From Phoronis australis (Eukaryota > Animalia > Phoronida), in assembly GCA_002633005.1 (NCBI GenBank), contig NMRA01000087.1, positions 625,393 through 689,392 on the forward strand: a DNA stretch of 64,000 nucleotides. Reading direction: 5' to 3'. A program made the translations under genes and the position numbers. Below the pieces are notes generated by a model. The model had not been told where the DNA came from, searched no databases, and saw nothing but the letters and a program-made list of their open reading frames with translations. Positions 30,101 through 42,800 of the stretch are shown one piece after another (the first letter of the stretch is position 1; every line of letters begins with the position of its first letter).

Positions 30101-33100
30101 TGCACTTGGGTTGGAAAGTGTGGTCAAGTTTCACTGCTGATGTTTCTTTTTTACTTTAAAAATGGGGATGCAAGAAGACAAATCACGAATATGGTTATTT
30201 TTGAATGCAATGCCTTTTTTCTGTGAAGTAGTCTGAATTTTAGTAGTGGAAGTATTGAATGATAATAATAGTAGCAGTTATTTTAAAGTATTTTTGATTA
30301 CCTAAGATTCCATATTTTCATGACATTTGCAGAGGCAAAATTGACGACAATGTGTGGCGTTTTCTGCTCACGGGAGGCGTGGCCTTGGATAATCCCTATC
30401 CAAACCCCGCCCCTGAGTGGCTGACAGAAAAATCATGGTCAGAAATTGTGCGAGCGTCCAATCTCCCCAATCTACAAGGATTCAGGGAACGTAAGTATTG
30501 AGTGAATACATGCGTTGAGGTAGTAACTGTGTTAATAAGTTACATGTACCAGTCATTCTTGTATACAATTACTTAATGTCCAGGAATTTGCAGTTAATTA
30601 GACCTACTCAGCGTCACAAAAATTTGTCGACTAAACGTTGTTTTATGCAAATTCACACAAATTTGTGGTATATACACCTGCTCGTCTACAGGACTGACAA
30701 CAGGTGTGCAAGAATGGCACCTGCCAATTAAATCTGTACCTCATGTGCATATATTGTTACTCTTCCTACAGATGTTACTGAGAACATCAACGATTGGCGT
30801 AAGATGTACGACTCTGCCGCTCCCAACGAGTTCAAGTACCCCCAACCATACGACGTCCTGACAGGTCTTGACAAAATGGTCGTTTTACGCACGCTACGTC
30901 CGGACAAGATGGTGCCTGCTGTGCAAGAGTTCATTGTTGACAATCTAGGTTTCTGTTTTATATTATTTTATCAAAGTGTGATTTACAGTGATGAATTATA
31001 ATATTTTCCGGAATGAATGTGCATACCCTTGTGTGCGGTATTGTAAAATGAAAATTCATAAAATTCGTAGTTCATTTAGGAATTTTTCGAAAAACGTTAC
31101 GGCATTGTACAAATCTCTTCACAGATTGAAGCATTAATGTTGCGACTTACAATGCAAACAAATCTTAGCCAGTGACAAAAGGTATTTAATGCACAGCCAA
31201 ATTGTATGTGTCCGTTATGGTCTTGCAATTCTTATTTTGTTAAAAATGTGTAAAAATGTTAATATTGTTAACAGTTATGAATAATAATAATAACGCTTTT
31301 CACAACTGGGCTGTTCTTTCAAAGTTTGCACCTTCATCATCTAGGTCAGTCGTACATTGAGCCTCCGACCTTTGACCTGGCCGGGTCATTCGCCGACTCC
31401 AACTGCTGCGCACCGCTCATCTTTGTGCTTTCTCCCGGTGCCGACCCAATGATGGCACTACTGAAGTTTGGTGAAGATAAAGGCTACACAGGCAACAAGA
31501 TCCAGAGAATCTCACTTGGGCAGGGGCAGGTGAGTGTACACATCAAACTTTTATCTTTAATCTGATAGTCTCCTTGTGTTAGTTATTAGAGCGACTTAAC
31601 CTCAGAAGTAATGTTTGTCATTCACATTTTGCCGCATTTGGAACTCGATCCTCAGGTATTTTCTTAGCCCCATATTTCTTGTCAGAAGTGAAACTTATTT
31701 GAGCATGTGCGAACTTCAGTCATATGGCCAACCATTCTCCATTTTGAAAGTTGGGTGTCTTGGCCTATGACTGAAGTCCGCACATGCGCAGATAACATTC
31801 ACCTCCGAGGTGAATGATTCTATCCAGGGTTTTGGATTAAATTACAAATTAGAAATGCAGTTTTGTTTTATGATTGTCTCTTATGATATCATATGAAATG
31901 AACTGAAACTATTACGTGTCCATGTAATGCAACTGATGAGACTGTCATATGTTTTCTTTTGCTATTGCTAAGAACTTCTTCATTTCTATGACAGGGTCCC
32001 ATTGCTGCCAGCATGATCGACAACGGCCTTAAAGATGGCTCCTGGATTGTACTGCAGAACTGCCACTTGGCGACCAGCTGGATGCCTAAGCTGGAGAAAA
32101 TCTGTGAAGAGACAATAATTCCAGAAAACACTCACAAAGACTTCCGACTGTGGTTGACCAGTTATCCTTCTGAAGACTTTCCTGTCAGCATACTGCAAAA
32201 TGGTGAATTGGCTTTTTTTTGTACAAACTGTAAAATGTGAATTGTAAAAACATTTTTTATGATTATTTTTCAAATTAAACCATCTTCTCATAATTGCTAG
32301 AGATCAACAACCTCTATCAAACCGAAAACAGCCCATTTGAAATTAGAAGACTTCTGACTGTCCTAAGCGTTTAAAAAATATATTGTCTATATTGTATTAA
32401 CTGTTGAATGTGATATATACTATGCATTGGGAAATACTGTATACTAAATTTTCTTTTATTCTTTGTTGCATTTGGTGCTTTTTGTAGAATTTCTATAATG
32501 GGTGTATTGTTTGAAAATTTATCTTGTTCTAACAATTTTGCTTCACTTTTGTACTATTTGTATTTTAGGTGTGAAAATGACAAATGAACCTCCGAAAGGT
32601 TTAAGATCCAACCTTCTTAGGTCATTCCTCAATGATCCTATTTCTGATGCGGCATTCTTCAATGGATGTACAATGGTATGTATTATATAATTTTGTTTAC
32701 TTGATTTCATCTTTTTATCACCAAACTGACACTTACATAGCTACAATCATTTTTTCATCGCACTAAAACATCAACTTGTTCAATAGAAATGATGTGTACT
32801 GAATTTCATTTTTTCATTGCATTTCATTCAATGCGTCTGCTTTGCATGTACTGTCCGTCTGCTTCACTTGTATTGTCTGGTTTCAGCTGCCACGCTGGCA
32901 CAAGCTGCTCTTTGGCCTCTGCTTCTTCCATGCCCTGGTGCAGGAGAGGCGCAAGTTTGGTCCCCTCGGCTGGAACATTCCCTATGAATTCAATGAGTCT
33001 GATCTGCGCATCAGCATGAGGCAACTCCAGGTAAGTTATGAATTACAGGTGTTCATAATTGAACGGCCTTTCTCGATAGTAGTTGTTGTTCCTTAGTTCT

Positions 33101-36100
33101 AGTTTATCTCAAGTTTATTTAATGGGATTTTAATTACAACTATGGACAAAACCAATTACCTAGTCAAAAATGAGCAACAATGTAATACTGAAGCCGTTCA
33201 TTTTGTGCTGTATTAAGCAACTCTTATAAAGGAGAGTTGGACTTATTCATTGGTCTTTGTACTAACTGCAGGTGAATGAGAAAACATTTTGCTCAAAATG
33301 TTTTTTTTTGTTTTTGCCCAGCCCTTTTTATGCATGTTTGCTTCATATTGTTTATTTTGCATTTATTGTCTTGTACAGTAAACTTCATATTTCCATGGTG
33401 CAGTAGGAAGTAATAAATATCAATCCTACATTGTTCTTGATCAATGTAGTAAATGCTGCTTCTCACGTCACATTTTCTTCTCTGTCCAGATGTTCTTGAA
33501 TGACTATGAGGAACTACCGCTAGACGCTCTGACATACCTAACAGGAGAGTGCAACTATGGAGGCCGTGTGACAGATGATAAGGACAGGCGTCTGCTTACA
33601 TCACTGTTGTCCATCTTCTACTGCACCAAAATCATAGACGATGACAAATACAAGTAGGGTCAACATTGAGTTGTAGAATTTAAAGAGGTTTTTTAACGTT
33701 ATTTTTTATCTCTGTATTTATAATTTCCAAACAGCATTGCCGCTTTTCTGTAATGTCTGCTGACCTGTCCTATTGTTGAATTGTTCAGTCATTTTAGAGA
33801 CGCTAATTATACAAATGTAACGTTTCCCATGTCATTTTAGTTAATTATCACATCACCTGATATACAACTGCTGTCTAATTTTCTCAGCTTCTTTCTTACG
33901 TATTAGAAGTCATTCGTGGGATTGAATTCAACAAGTTGCTAGATTAGTATTTCTGTCCTGAAAAGCAGTGTCTGATCAGGTAATTGCTGACTAGAAGTGA
34001 TGAATAATACTGTTATGGAAGAAAATGTTGCAGGGAGAGAAATATTCTTGACATCAATGAGTGCATTGGAACTTTTGATGAGAAATGACATTTGATTGAC
34101 ATGTGTCCAGTTATCTGCATATTAACTTCTTTTCAGTTTGTCCTGATTATAATTCATTTCAGGTTCTCGCCCAGTGGTCTTTACTATGCCCCAAGTGAAG
34201 GCCCTTATCAAGCATATGTAGACTACATACGAACACTTCCGCTCATTCCAAATCCAGAGGTGTTTGGTTTGCACGAGAACGCTGACATCACCAAGGACAA
34301 TCAAGAAACACAAGGGGTAAGCAGGTTGAAAATATATGTTATGAAAACGATTGGAAATCACTTGGATTGTTTGAACTGAATCGAATCTCACCAAAAGTTG
34401 TATGTAAATGATTTACCACAGTGACGGATGTAGGCCATTTTAATGGAAGGCCCGATCACAATATGTGGACAAATGACCTGTAAATGGTATTCCAGCACTG
34501 ATTTTTTTGTGTTTGGTCTTGCCTATAAGAGGTTCAGCATAACTACTTGTCAGATTAACCTTTATCTAGAAATGTGTCGGTAAAAAGTGAATGTTTCCAT
34601 TCTACCATATCTCACTGTTTACCTTTCAGCTGTTTGAAAACATTCTACTCACCCTTCCCAGACAGGCAGGTGGTGGTGGCAAGTCATCCGGTGACGTGAT
34701 GGATGATTTAGCTGCAGACATTCTCACCAAGCTACCACCAGACTTTGACATTGAAATGGTACAGTAATGTTTGCCAACATATCAATCAGTGACATAGACT
34801 TCTGCTAGTGAAACTTTTCATCAATAATTTTTATGTTACGTGTGGCAAACCCCGTGGAGAATTTCAGTATTGATTCTTTACTTCTTTTTCTAATATTTTC
34901 TTAAATTTCTTGCAGATTATGAAACTGTACCCAGTATTGTACAATGAGTCCATGAACACGGTTCTACGTCAGGAACTGATTCGGTTCAACCGTCTGCTCA
35001 GTGTGGTCCGAGCCACACTGCAGAGCTTACGCAAGGCCATCAAAGGTCTTGTGGTCATGTCATCAGAGCTTGAGGAGGTGTTCAACAGCATGTTGATTGG
35101 AAAGGTGCCATCCTCCTGGGCTGCCAAGTCATATCCATCGCTAAAGCCACTGGGCAGCTATGTTGCCGATTTCCTTGCCAGGTGTGTGGGATTATTAAGT
35201 GTTCGTGTACTAATATGCATGACTGAGGATTTCAACCGAGTTCATTATCATTTGTAAAATACAACTTTATATCATATATTCATAAGCAGTTAAAGGTTTT
35301 AGCTTTCCTTCTTAAAGCACTCTGTCATTAAAGGTTTTGCCGAGAAATGATTCTGTAACATTGTGTTTCTGCCTATACTGCCTATCAAGCAGTTAATTCA
35401 CATTTTTATTGACACTATCTCTAATTGTATTTTAGTTGGTGTTTTGCATTGTGATAACTTTTGTTGCATGGATGGTAAATGTATATTGGCTTTGTTAGAA
35501 TGATATCTTATAGTAACAAATATTTCCCCAAGTTAATGTCATACAATATAACACTTGTTACGTCTGCTTCCAGACTGAAGTTTTTCCAAGACTGGATTGA
35601 CAATGGTATCCCGTTGACCTTCTGGTTATCTGGGTTTTACTTCACTCAGTCGTTCCTGACAGGCGTCTCGCAGAACTTTGCCAGAAAGTACAAGATACCT
35701 ATTGATCAACTGGGCTTCGAGTTTCAGGTCACTAAGTTCGAGAAAACAGCTGATCACAAACCAGATGATGGAGCTTATGTTTATGTGAGTTGGTCGTCTG
35801 TAAATGTTGGATTTCTACCTTGTTTTTTAAAGCACACTCTTTTCTTAAAGGGGTTTGCTATTGTGCTGAACACAAACTTGTTGTCATTATTATCATTCAT
35901 ATCAAATTTGTATATCGTGCTTCTGTTTAAAGACAAAAACTACTTGAGGATTGAAACAGCTACACACACGTATGCGTATTCATTGTATTTTATTGTTGTA
36001 TTTGATGTGTCAGTACTGTGGGCTGATGGCCTCAAGTATGAATAAACATACATTCATTATACTGGCAGAGGCACGATAATTGTGACTCATTCTCGACTGT

Positions 36101-37823
36101 TCTCAGTGAAGAGTTGTAAAATCTTGCAACCAGAGAACTAAGAATAGAAACAGGTTGTATACCATTCATTTGCTACTAATGACCCTGTAAGTACTGCTTG
36201 TGTCAGTTATCACAAAGGGTGAACAGTTTCTACCAAGGAATCTGAATTCTGAAATAGTTAATTGACCTATCGCAAGCACCTCCCTCTTGCGAAATGTTGA
36301 CAAACTAACATTAAGTTTTACCAGGCAACGTGTCATTTGTTGGGTAAAATGGTAGCTTGGAAACGAAGGTGTGTCAAGAATGCTGTGTTCTGATTGGTCA
36401 GTTAAGCCATCACTCCAAGACCTGGCAATAGGTCAATTGTTAAACCAGTTGCTATATTCGGACACCGCGACTTCATGCGTATAGCATTTTGTTTTTGGTT
36501 GCCACACTGGGGCTCTTTTTTAGAAGTACAGCCATCTGTTCAGCCAGACGTATTCAGTTTGTCTTCTATTCATGATAGATCTCTTGCTTGTCCGTTGGTG
36601 AATTATGTCTTGTTTGACTTTGTCATAGTGCTGGTATGATTCCATTGCAGGGTCTGTTCTTGGAAGGTGCTAGGTGGGACAGAGACAGGATGGAGATTGG
36701 CGAGTCTTATCCAAAGATTCTCTTCGACACTATTCCTATTGTATCCTTTCAAGTGGCCCATTTGCATTTCCTCTTTATACATAACATCGGTAATAGTAGT
36801 AGTTATTGTAATAATAATTATAATAGTGTTCAATATGTTAATACTCAAATTATTGATCCTATGTAAACTTAATAATAGTATTAATAATTTTTTTCATATT
36901 AGTATTTACTTAGTGTTTTTAATACAGAGGAATTCACAAAATTACCTCACTCATTTTGTGCTTTGTCCTGTGTAATTATTATGGTTCTTCAATCTCCGTT
37001 AACCATACAATCTTGACAACACTTTTCTTGTTTGATTACACAGCTGCAGCAATAGTGAGTATTTTCTGTTCAAATCATTTACAATTTACAAGATTTGTGT
37101 AATGATCACATTTGAAGCATATGAAACAATGAAGTTTTGAAAAGTTCATAGTGCAAGAAATCAGTTCATAAAAACCCAATTATAAGTAAGTATAACTATG
37201 CGAATAAAAATATACTGTACAATAGCTATTTTGCGATCTGATGAAATACACCTTGTCGCCAGGTGACTATAGGGTAGTTGATGGACAGCATTCTACATTC
37301 TTGTATGGGAATTTAATGCTGTGGGATTTCCCAGTGTTTATGAAATAGTCCTTTGTGACTGTCATGCTGTCAAATTGCCACTGTTGTGTGGTGGGATATT
37401 CAATGATTCACACAAAAATATTCATCTCGAAATGCCATATGTTCATCAACTCGCACGTGCACTCCTGAATTAGAAATAGGGTCAAGTGAAAGGCACTGTG
37501 CTGTCATTTTCTAGTTCTGATCCATTTTGTTCATTCTACTTGTATCAAAAGTATGTTTTGATCTTCTAAGATCTGACTGCATTGTTTTATGAAACCTTGA
37601 CTCAAGATTTCCTCAGATTTGGCTGATGCCCGGCGAGAAGAAAAAATTCAAGCAGAAACCCACATACAGGTGTCCAGTTTACAAGACAACAGCTCGAAGG
37701 GGCACCCTGTCCACCACTGGTCATTCAACCAACTTTGTCATGTACATGCTGATCCCATCGTCCAAACCAGAGAGTCACTGGATCAACAGAGGAGTGGCAG
37801 CTCTTTGTCAACTAGACGACTAA
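164..37823 (+). CDS. DNAH3: Axonemal inner-arm dynein heavy chain, DNAH3-like; 5'-partial, 52 exons in window (~3,399 aa)
   Basis: Exons read by eye, all GT-AG and phase-consistent (10,200 nt): 164-254, 630-820, 1802-2033, 2508-2719, 3386-3592, 4083-4253, 5104-5568, 5944-6150, 6380-6494, 7344-7542, 8087-8486, 8918-9009, 10025-10226, 10688-10840, 11318-11671, 12236-12628, 13231-13392, 13802-13927, 14128-14285, 14620-14884, 15414-15599, 16090-16316, 16910-17119, 17927-18054, 18381-18505, 19478-19663, 21779-21946, 22309-22442, 23019-23181, 24003-24125, 24488-24655, 25134-25351, 25684-25891, 26289-26549, 26771-26972, 27893-28200, 28551-28736, 29033-29275, 29731-29891, 30333-30490, 30772-30948, 31345-31529, 31995-32202, 32569-32675, 32887-33030, 33490-33653, 34163-34316, 34630-34758, 34916-35181, 35574-35784, 36651-36740, 37617-37823. 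P-loops [67 protein letters not shown] and C-terminal [15 protein letters not shown] recall DNAH3 rather than DNAH7/12. Confidence 0.93.
1362..1418 (+). other. Candidate 57-nt in-frame alternative exon or exon-duplication remnant of DNAH3 ([19 protein letters not shown])
   Basis: TAAG acceptor and GTAAGT donor at 1419, phase 0/0 like the host intron. [10 protein letters not shown] parallels [10 protein letters not shown] at the end of exon 630-820. Confidence 0.4.
2929..3153. mobile_element. Fold-back palindromic MITE-like element
   Basis: Arms of ~110 bp are imperfect reverse complements (e.g. tttcttcaggtgtgcagc / gctgcacacctgaagaaa) around a few-nt centre near 3042. Confidence 0.7.
4330..4654 (-). 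mobile_element. Non-autonomous Penelope-like remnant with inverted ends and decayed minimal hammerhead motif
   Basis: Inverted repeat ttaaaaaccggacgatcgc (4356) / gcgatcgtccggtttttaa (to 4654). Minus strand 4404-4434 reads CTGATGA-T-GTCTA-atgaa-TAGAC-AAAACGTT. Direct repeat acttggataaat at 4318-4329 and 4654-4665. Confidence 0.5.
8087..8486 (+). CDS. DNAH3: DNAH3 exon encoding AAA1 catalytic core
   Basis: GPAGTGKT Walker [11 protein letters not shown] Walker [19 protein letters not shown]. Confidence 0.95.
9173..9396. repeat. Minisatellite, 7 x 32 bp
   Basis: Unit agtcattaatacaataagg(t/g)gtagtccagttt repeated head-to-tail 7 times without spacers. Confidence 0.95.
11318..11671 (+). CDS. DNAH3: DNAH3 exon encoding AAA2 core
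   Basis: [50 protein letters not shown]. Confidence 0.95.
14405..14472 (+). mobile_element. Degenerate tRNA-derived SINE-like head
   Basis: A-box-like tagctcagcttg and B-box-like agtttgaattc at tRNA-like spacing; no convincing cloverleaf. Confidence 0.3.
18616..18940. mobile_element. Non-autonomous DNA transposon/MITE (Kolobok-like end), family copy 1
   Basis: Starts TTAA-AGCTAC; inverted repeat gccctgtttagctggc / gccagctaaacaggg. Internal blocks ggattcaaaaa, gcaataattcaagatc and cccaaagca are shared with 52092-52410. Confidence 0.6.
21003..21068 (+). other. Candidate 66-nt in-frame cassette exon of DNAH3 ([22 protein letters not shown])
   Basis: Pyrimidine tract with cttcttgtacag acceptor, GTAAAT donor, phase 0/0 matching the host intron, no stop, GC-richer than flanks. 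Confidence 0.45.
21217..21273 (+). other. Candidate 57-nt in-frame cassette exon of DNAH3 ([19 protein letters not shown])
   Basis: tgacag acceptor, cgg/GTGATT donor, phase 0/0, no stop. Confidence 0.3.
22845..22858. promoter_or_regulatory. RFX X-box-like motif in a DNAH3 intron
   Basis: gttgctatggagat resembles the X-box GTTGCCATGGCAAC found at ciliary genes; a short motif that could be chance. Confidence 0.25.
27615..27846 (-). mobile_element. tRNA-derived SINE, copy 1
   Basis: Minus strand starts gaggaggcagtgtggcctggttga (A box) ... ggttcaagtcc (B box). The body aligns with 62489-62670 (gagccagg..ctcct..gctcggttttaac..aataaagca..ggtgatcag). Confidence 0.75.
31682..31808. repeat. Inverted repeat / small MITE-like hairpin
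   Basis: ttatttgagcatgtgcgaacttcagtcatatggccaa pairs with ttggcctatgactgaagtccgcacatgcgcagataa; arms ~50 bp. Confidence 0.7.
36260..36438. mobile_element. MITE-like element with 14-bp terminal inverted repeats
   Basis: aattgacctatcgc ... gcaataggtcaatt (13/14 match). Confidence 0.45.
36741..37616 (+). other. U12-type (minor spliceosome) GT-AG intron, last intron of DNAH3
   Basis: 5' splice site GTATCCTTT; branch motif CCTTGAC at 37595-37601, 15 nt before the end of the CAG acceptor; phase 0 join PI/IWLMP. Confidence 0.85.
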
Positions 37824-39801
37824 TTTGGTCAGCATTCCCACGATTCACAAGATCAGTCTTCTATTTAGTATGTGCCTTGCTTGGAATTCATCATCAGTTT
37901 TGATTGAAATTTACCCGTTGGATTATGGTCTGCATTTTATGTTTTACCAAAGACTGTGTATTATGTAAGAAATTAATTACTTATTACCTGTTGTGATAAA
38001 AGTGATATTCTTAATTATCTATTCATTCCTTGTGTTACAATTTTACTTGGGAATATGTCTTTGTAACTGTTACATACGAGGAGAGAAACAATGAACTGCT
38101 GCAAGTTATTTTAATACAATCAAATATTGCTTGTACATTACTTTTTGACGTGACTCATTTTTAAATTTGTTGAAGTTGTTTTTAGTGATGCGAGTTCTTG
38201 GCGTTATACCCATTCCATCCCATTTGAAGTGCCAGGTGGTAATTTGTAAATAATTTTAATTCTATTTAACGATTGATGGGATACAGTACCATTCATCTCG
38301 CCTGTACATAAGATTATAGATTTGTTTTTGTCTGTGTTATTTTATTTTTGACAAAAGTCTAAACCAATGTGCCTGTGATTCAACAAATATAACAACTACT
38401 GTATTTTCAAAATATTTTAATAAGATTATAAGATTATCTGTTCAAATTACAAATGTGTTGTTTCTGTTATAAATAATTTGCAGCATATCACGTGCAGTTC
38501 TAATTAGGTCAAGTTTCAAACTAGAAATAGGAATAAAATAAGTTAGCATAAGTGACTTCCCTTAAGCAATTAATGTTACAGTATTCAGCAGTCTAACCTG
38601 TTATCATGAGTGAAATGCTCACCAAAGCAAAGGGTTCCACCCCGAAACCAGAACCAAAGCCGTGGTTTTTCAAAGATTGTGTCCTGCACGGGACTTTCAT
38701 GGCTTCAATCATGGGTTTTGGTAGTCATTTTTTCAGTTACGTTTCAATTCAAATGGCATGTTAAGCTTTGTTTAGATGAGAAATCTGACTAAATGCAAAG
38801 TTTGACAGATCAGAATGGGTTACCTGATTTCCTCCATACAAGTCTTGCTGAACTTATGCCCACTGAACAGACATGAAGAAATTTAGAGAGATACATCCAG
38901 GTGGGCATTACTTTAACATGCTCATGGTTAAACTCTGTAAAACTTTCTCCAGTTACAGATGAACTATGTTGCATAACTGGTCATCGCATAACTTGTCAAC
39001 ACATAATTCGTGAGTCTGCATAAGTCATCTACTTTCCCTTGGTCTAGATTAATTGCTCATACATTGTCATACTTGCACCTAAGTCGTCACACGAAGAAGT
39101 CGTTGCTTTTATCAAGGTCACAAAGGCGATGAGTTTATCAAGGTAGAATGTATTACAGAGAAGAATGTACTGCCAATTTTTCATTTAGTGACGACTGCAA
39201 TGTCGGTCCCAAAAATACACCACAGGGTTAAAACAATCGTGTCTCATCACAGATCGTGAAAAACAATCCAACAATGCTGCTTTGACTAATCCACTGCATT
39301 ACAATAAGTGTCAATTACTAAACATGAAAAATGCTTACATCAAAGAAACTGAGAGAAATCGGTCAAACACAACATGCTTACGATAACATTGCACTGTAAC
39401 AAGTCGGTGACCTTTTTATGGACAGCAAGAGACCTCATGAATACAAAGGATTGTTGGATAGCAGTCATCCACAATAGCACCACCAGCCAATGTACAGCTT
39501 AGGACAAAAGAAATCATACTTTAGGCATGTAGTGCAAATGTTATGTTTAATAGTATTAGTTCAAGCACATCCAAGTATTCACTGGTCAGCATGATAATAT
39601 ACAAAAGTTATAACACAAAAAATGTAAAGTTCATGACTTTTGCTTAAGCATCATGGTCAGTAGATCACTATTTCCAGACTTTGCCTGTGGACAGGAAATT
39701 ATGTTCCCATTGTTAACAAAAGCCATACGCTTACCTACTGTCTACTTCCCGCTGTTAACCATATAAAGACGTTGCCCCTGGTCACCAAATACAGCATATT
39801 C

Positions 39802-42800
39802 TTATCTTCGCCTTTTGGATGTTGGCATAGAAAATGAATTGCCATCATCATCATCAGAGTCCTCAAAATAGCTCTTTTTCCTCATTGACGACGCTGACGT
39901 TTGTGACTTCCTTTTGCTAGTTCTGCTATTTGATGCCTTTGTCGACACATCACTTTCTTCATCCGACTCAGAAAGTACATGTACCACTGCAGCGCTGAAA
40001 ATGTATAGACATTTCTAAGTGATTCACATCCACATGGGAAGACTGTCACTTGAATATGCAAAACAATAATCAGATCTGTCACAAACACTATTTAACACCA
40101 TCGTCTGATATTAATTCATTCATAGGCAACAATTAGAGCCAGAAAACTAGGTTACCACTGCATTCAGGTTGAGTTCGTAGCATTTTCCTGATCAGTATCG
40201 CATTTGCTTCCCTACCTTTTACTAGCTCCACCTCTTCTCGTAGATTTCTTAAACGAGTTTATAATTGACTCAGTCTCTTCAACAACAGGTTGCTTACGCC
40301 CTCGACTTCCTCTGCCAACTCTCGTGCCCCGTCCATGACCTGTTGTCGTCGTGTCCTTGGCAGAAGCACCACGACTCCCACGTGACCCTCGACCCCTTCC
40401 TCTACCACGTCCTCTAGTAGACGTGTTCTCATCAGAATCCAAGTCACTTGTTGGTGAATCACTGTTCAACCCAGCACTGTTATCAACCACATCTACAAGT
40501 TTAACATGCAAAAATACAATCTTGTAAAAACTTTGAACCGATTATTTGGATGACATATTAGATGAAGTTGCTGCGTGAAATATCACATAATCAGCATTAT
40601 TTACCACACATCAACCAAGGCTAAGAAATCTTCATAAAAATAAAAACAGGTTCATATTTTTATACTTCAGCTATCTGAATTTTCTGTGGCCTCGGCTTTT
40701 TTGCATGACATAGATCCATGTTGTTCACATGACAAAGATTACTTTCAAGATTAACATGCAATTTTGGTCACATAATGGTAATTCTCAGTGTCACATGACA
40801 AGGGTTATTGTTATCATGTGACACAATCATTTCACGATATTTAAGACATAAGTGATCAGTCACCCACAAACTTAAAGAGATATGTTCTAGCTTAGACTGA
40901 AGCAAACCATAAGCACAAAAAACATCAAAAATCTTGAATTGAAAACTGATGTAAAAATACACAACTTTCATACTTAAACATACTTACCTTGGACGACAAA
41001 CATTTCAAAAGGCCATTTCTTTCATTCATTGTAAAAAAATTGCATGCATAAATTACTTACTCCTCTTGAGTTTCCAATAAAAATATCAAAATAACGTTAA
41101 CTACAGAATAATTTTGAAAATTTCTATCTGCTTCAACCAACGCACAAATTTTTCTTGTACTGCACTCTATATCGAAACGTCGATGAACTTTTGTGCCTGA
41201 TTATCCTCATAATCCTCCCCTCAGCAACAAATCTTGTCACAAATCGCTTTCACAACAGCACATTAACATACCATGAGTGACATTCTGCGATGCCCTCGCC
41301 CGCTTCTTAGCCTCATCTAACTCTGCCTTCTCTTCCCCAGAGTTCTTCTTCCTCTCGTTCTTGTACTTGACAATCTCGTTGTCAATATCTCCTTCTCCAA
41401 TAGTTGCTCCTTTGCCTTTGAGATGATCCTGACACAAGGACATTTTGTAACAAGTTAATAAAATGGAAACCAAGATCCCATGGCAGAGAACACAAATTCT
41501 AAACTTTCAAAACAGCAACTTCCGAATTAGGCAATTCTAATCTGAGAATCAAAGTATATCAAACAGTTCAAGGTTATTCAGGACCTTATCAACAACACTA
41601 TATATTTAGCCAAATATCTACAATACTCTAGAACTGAACTTGGCAAAAGTATATATATATATATTATTCTAAAAGTAGAAATTTTGTAGAACTTTATTTT
41701 TGTCTTTATGCCAATCTGCCTTTAATTAGGTCATGTGACCATGCTTTTTTAGAAAATTGAGTAAAAAATAAAAGTTCATTCATAGCAATACTACACGATA
41801 AATAACATGAGCAAATTTCATACCATATAAATATAAGATAAAATTTCAAAAACGCTGTTACAGCTTTCTAAATTATCATTTGGTTTTGTTTCATGCAACT
41901 TCCTAAGTTTTTCCATAAAAATCCTATTTTAAGTCCTATTTTTGATACCCCCTCGTACAAAAGTGCAACACTTTAAAAGCATCGATTCCAAACAGCGTTT
42001 TGGAGAACTGAGCACAAAGCGCAGTTCCTGAAACTTTCAAATTAATCCAAGCAGCCATTTCTGAGATATCATATTCTGAAGTTGGACAAAACTGGACATT
42101 TTTCTTGGATCTTACAAAACCTTGCCTAAATATTCGCTGAACAGAAGCGTGGGGATGATAGACACATGTTAGTGTACAGTGAGTGTTGACTTTTATTAAT
42201 CATACATTTAGTAAACCAACATGTTCTGGTTAAATTCACAAGCATGTATACCTTCCGTCTCACACTAAACTCCTTTTTAGCAACAGTAAAATGAGATTCA
42301 AAACATTCTCACTCACAATTATTTACAAACGCTAAAGCAATGACTTTGAACTAGTTAAATTTTGCTACGCCTTCTCCCCTATATGCCATATGCAAATTAG
42401 GAACACAGGGTGATCATTGGTCAACATCCCTCATCATCATGGAGACAAACAGCAGGAAAACCAAACAAAGTTAAAAAGGCAACATGGTGTCTTTTATTCT
42501 TTGCACACCACACAAAAATTGAAGATGTAAACAGTACAGGGAGAAAGTAGACACGTACTACAGGACGCGAAAAATACACAAATATAATCAGACAAAATGA
42601 CTCGAAATTCCCACAAGGATGACTTAGTGCTAGTTGACTTCCCATCATGACGAATAGGGGCAAGCAGAAAACTCCATCGAGATGAATGAGCACTTGCAGA
42701 AATGCTCATAATGTCAAGTGAATGCTAGCAGAAATCCTCATCAAGACTACTGATAGCTAACAAAAATCTCCATTGTGACGACTGAGCACTAGCTGAATTA

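Noticed and set aside
597-37903. Short ORFs as separate genes or a fragmented dynein pseudogene
   Set aside because: Plus-strand dynein segments join through canonical splice sites into one uninterrupted frame; the others are antisense or off-frame shadows or intron noise.
40212-40511. Standalone RG-rich protein
   Set aside because: It is the MRE11 GAR-motif exon (40492-40216), spliced in frame.
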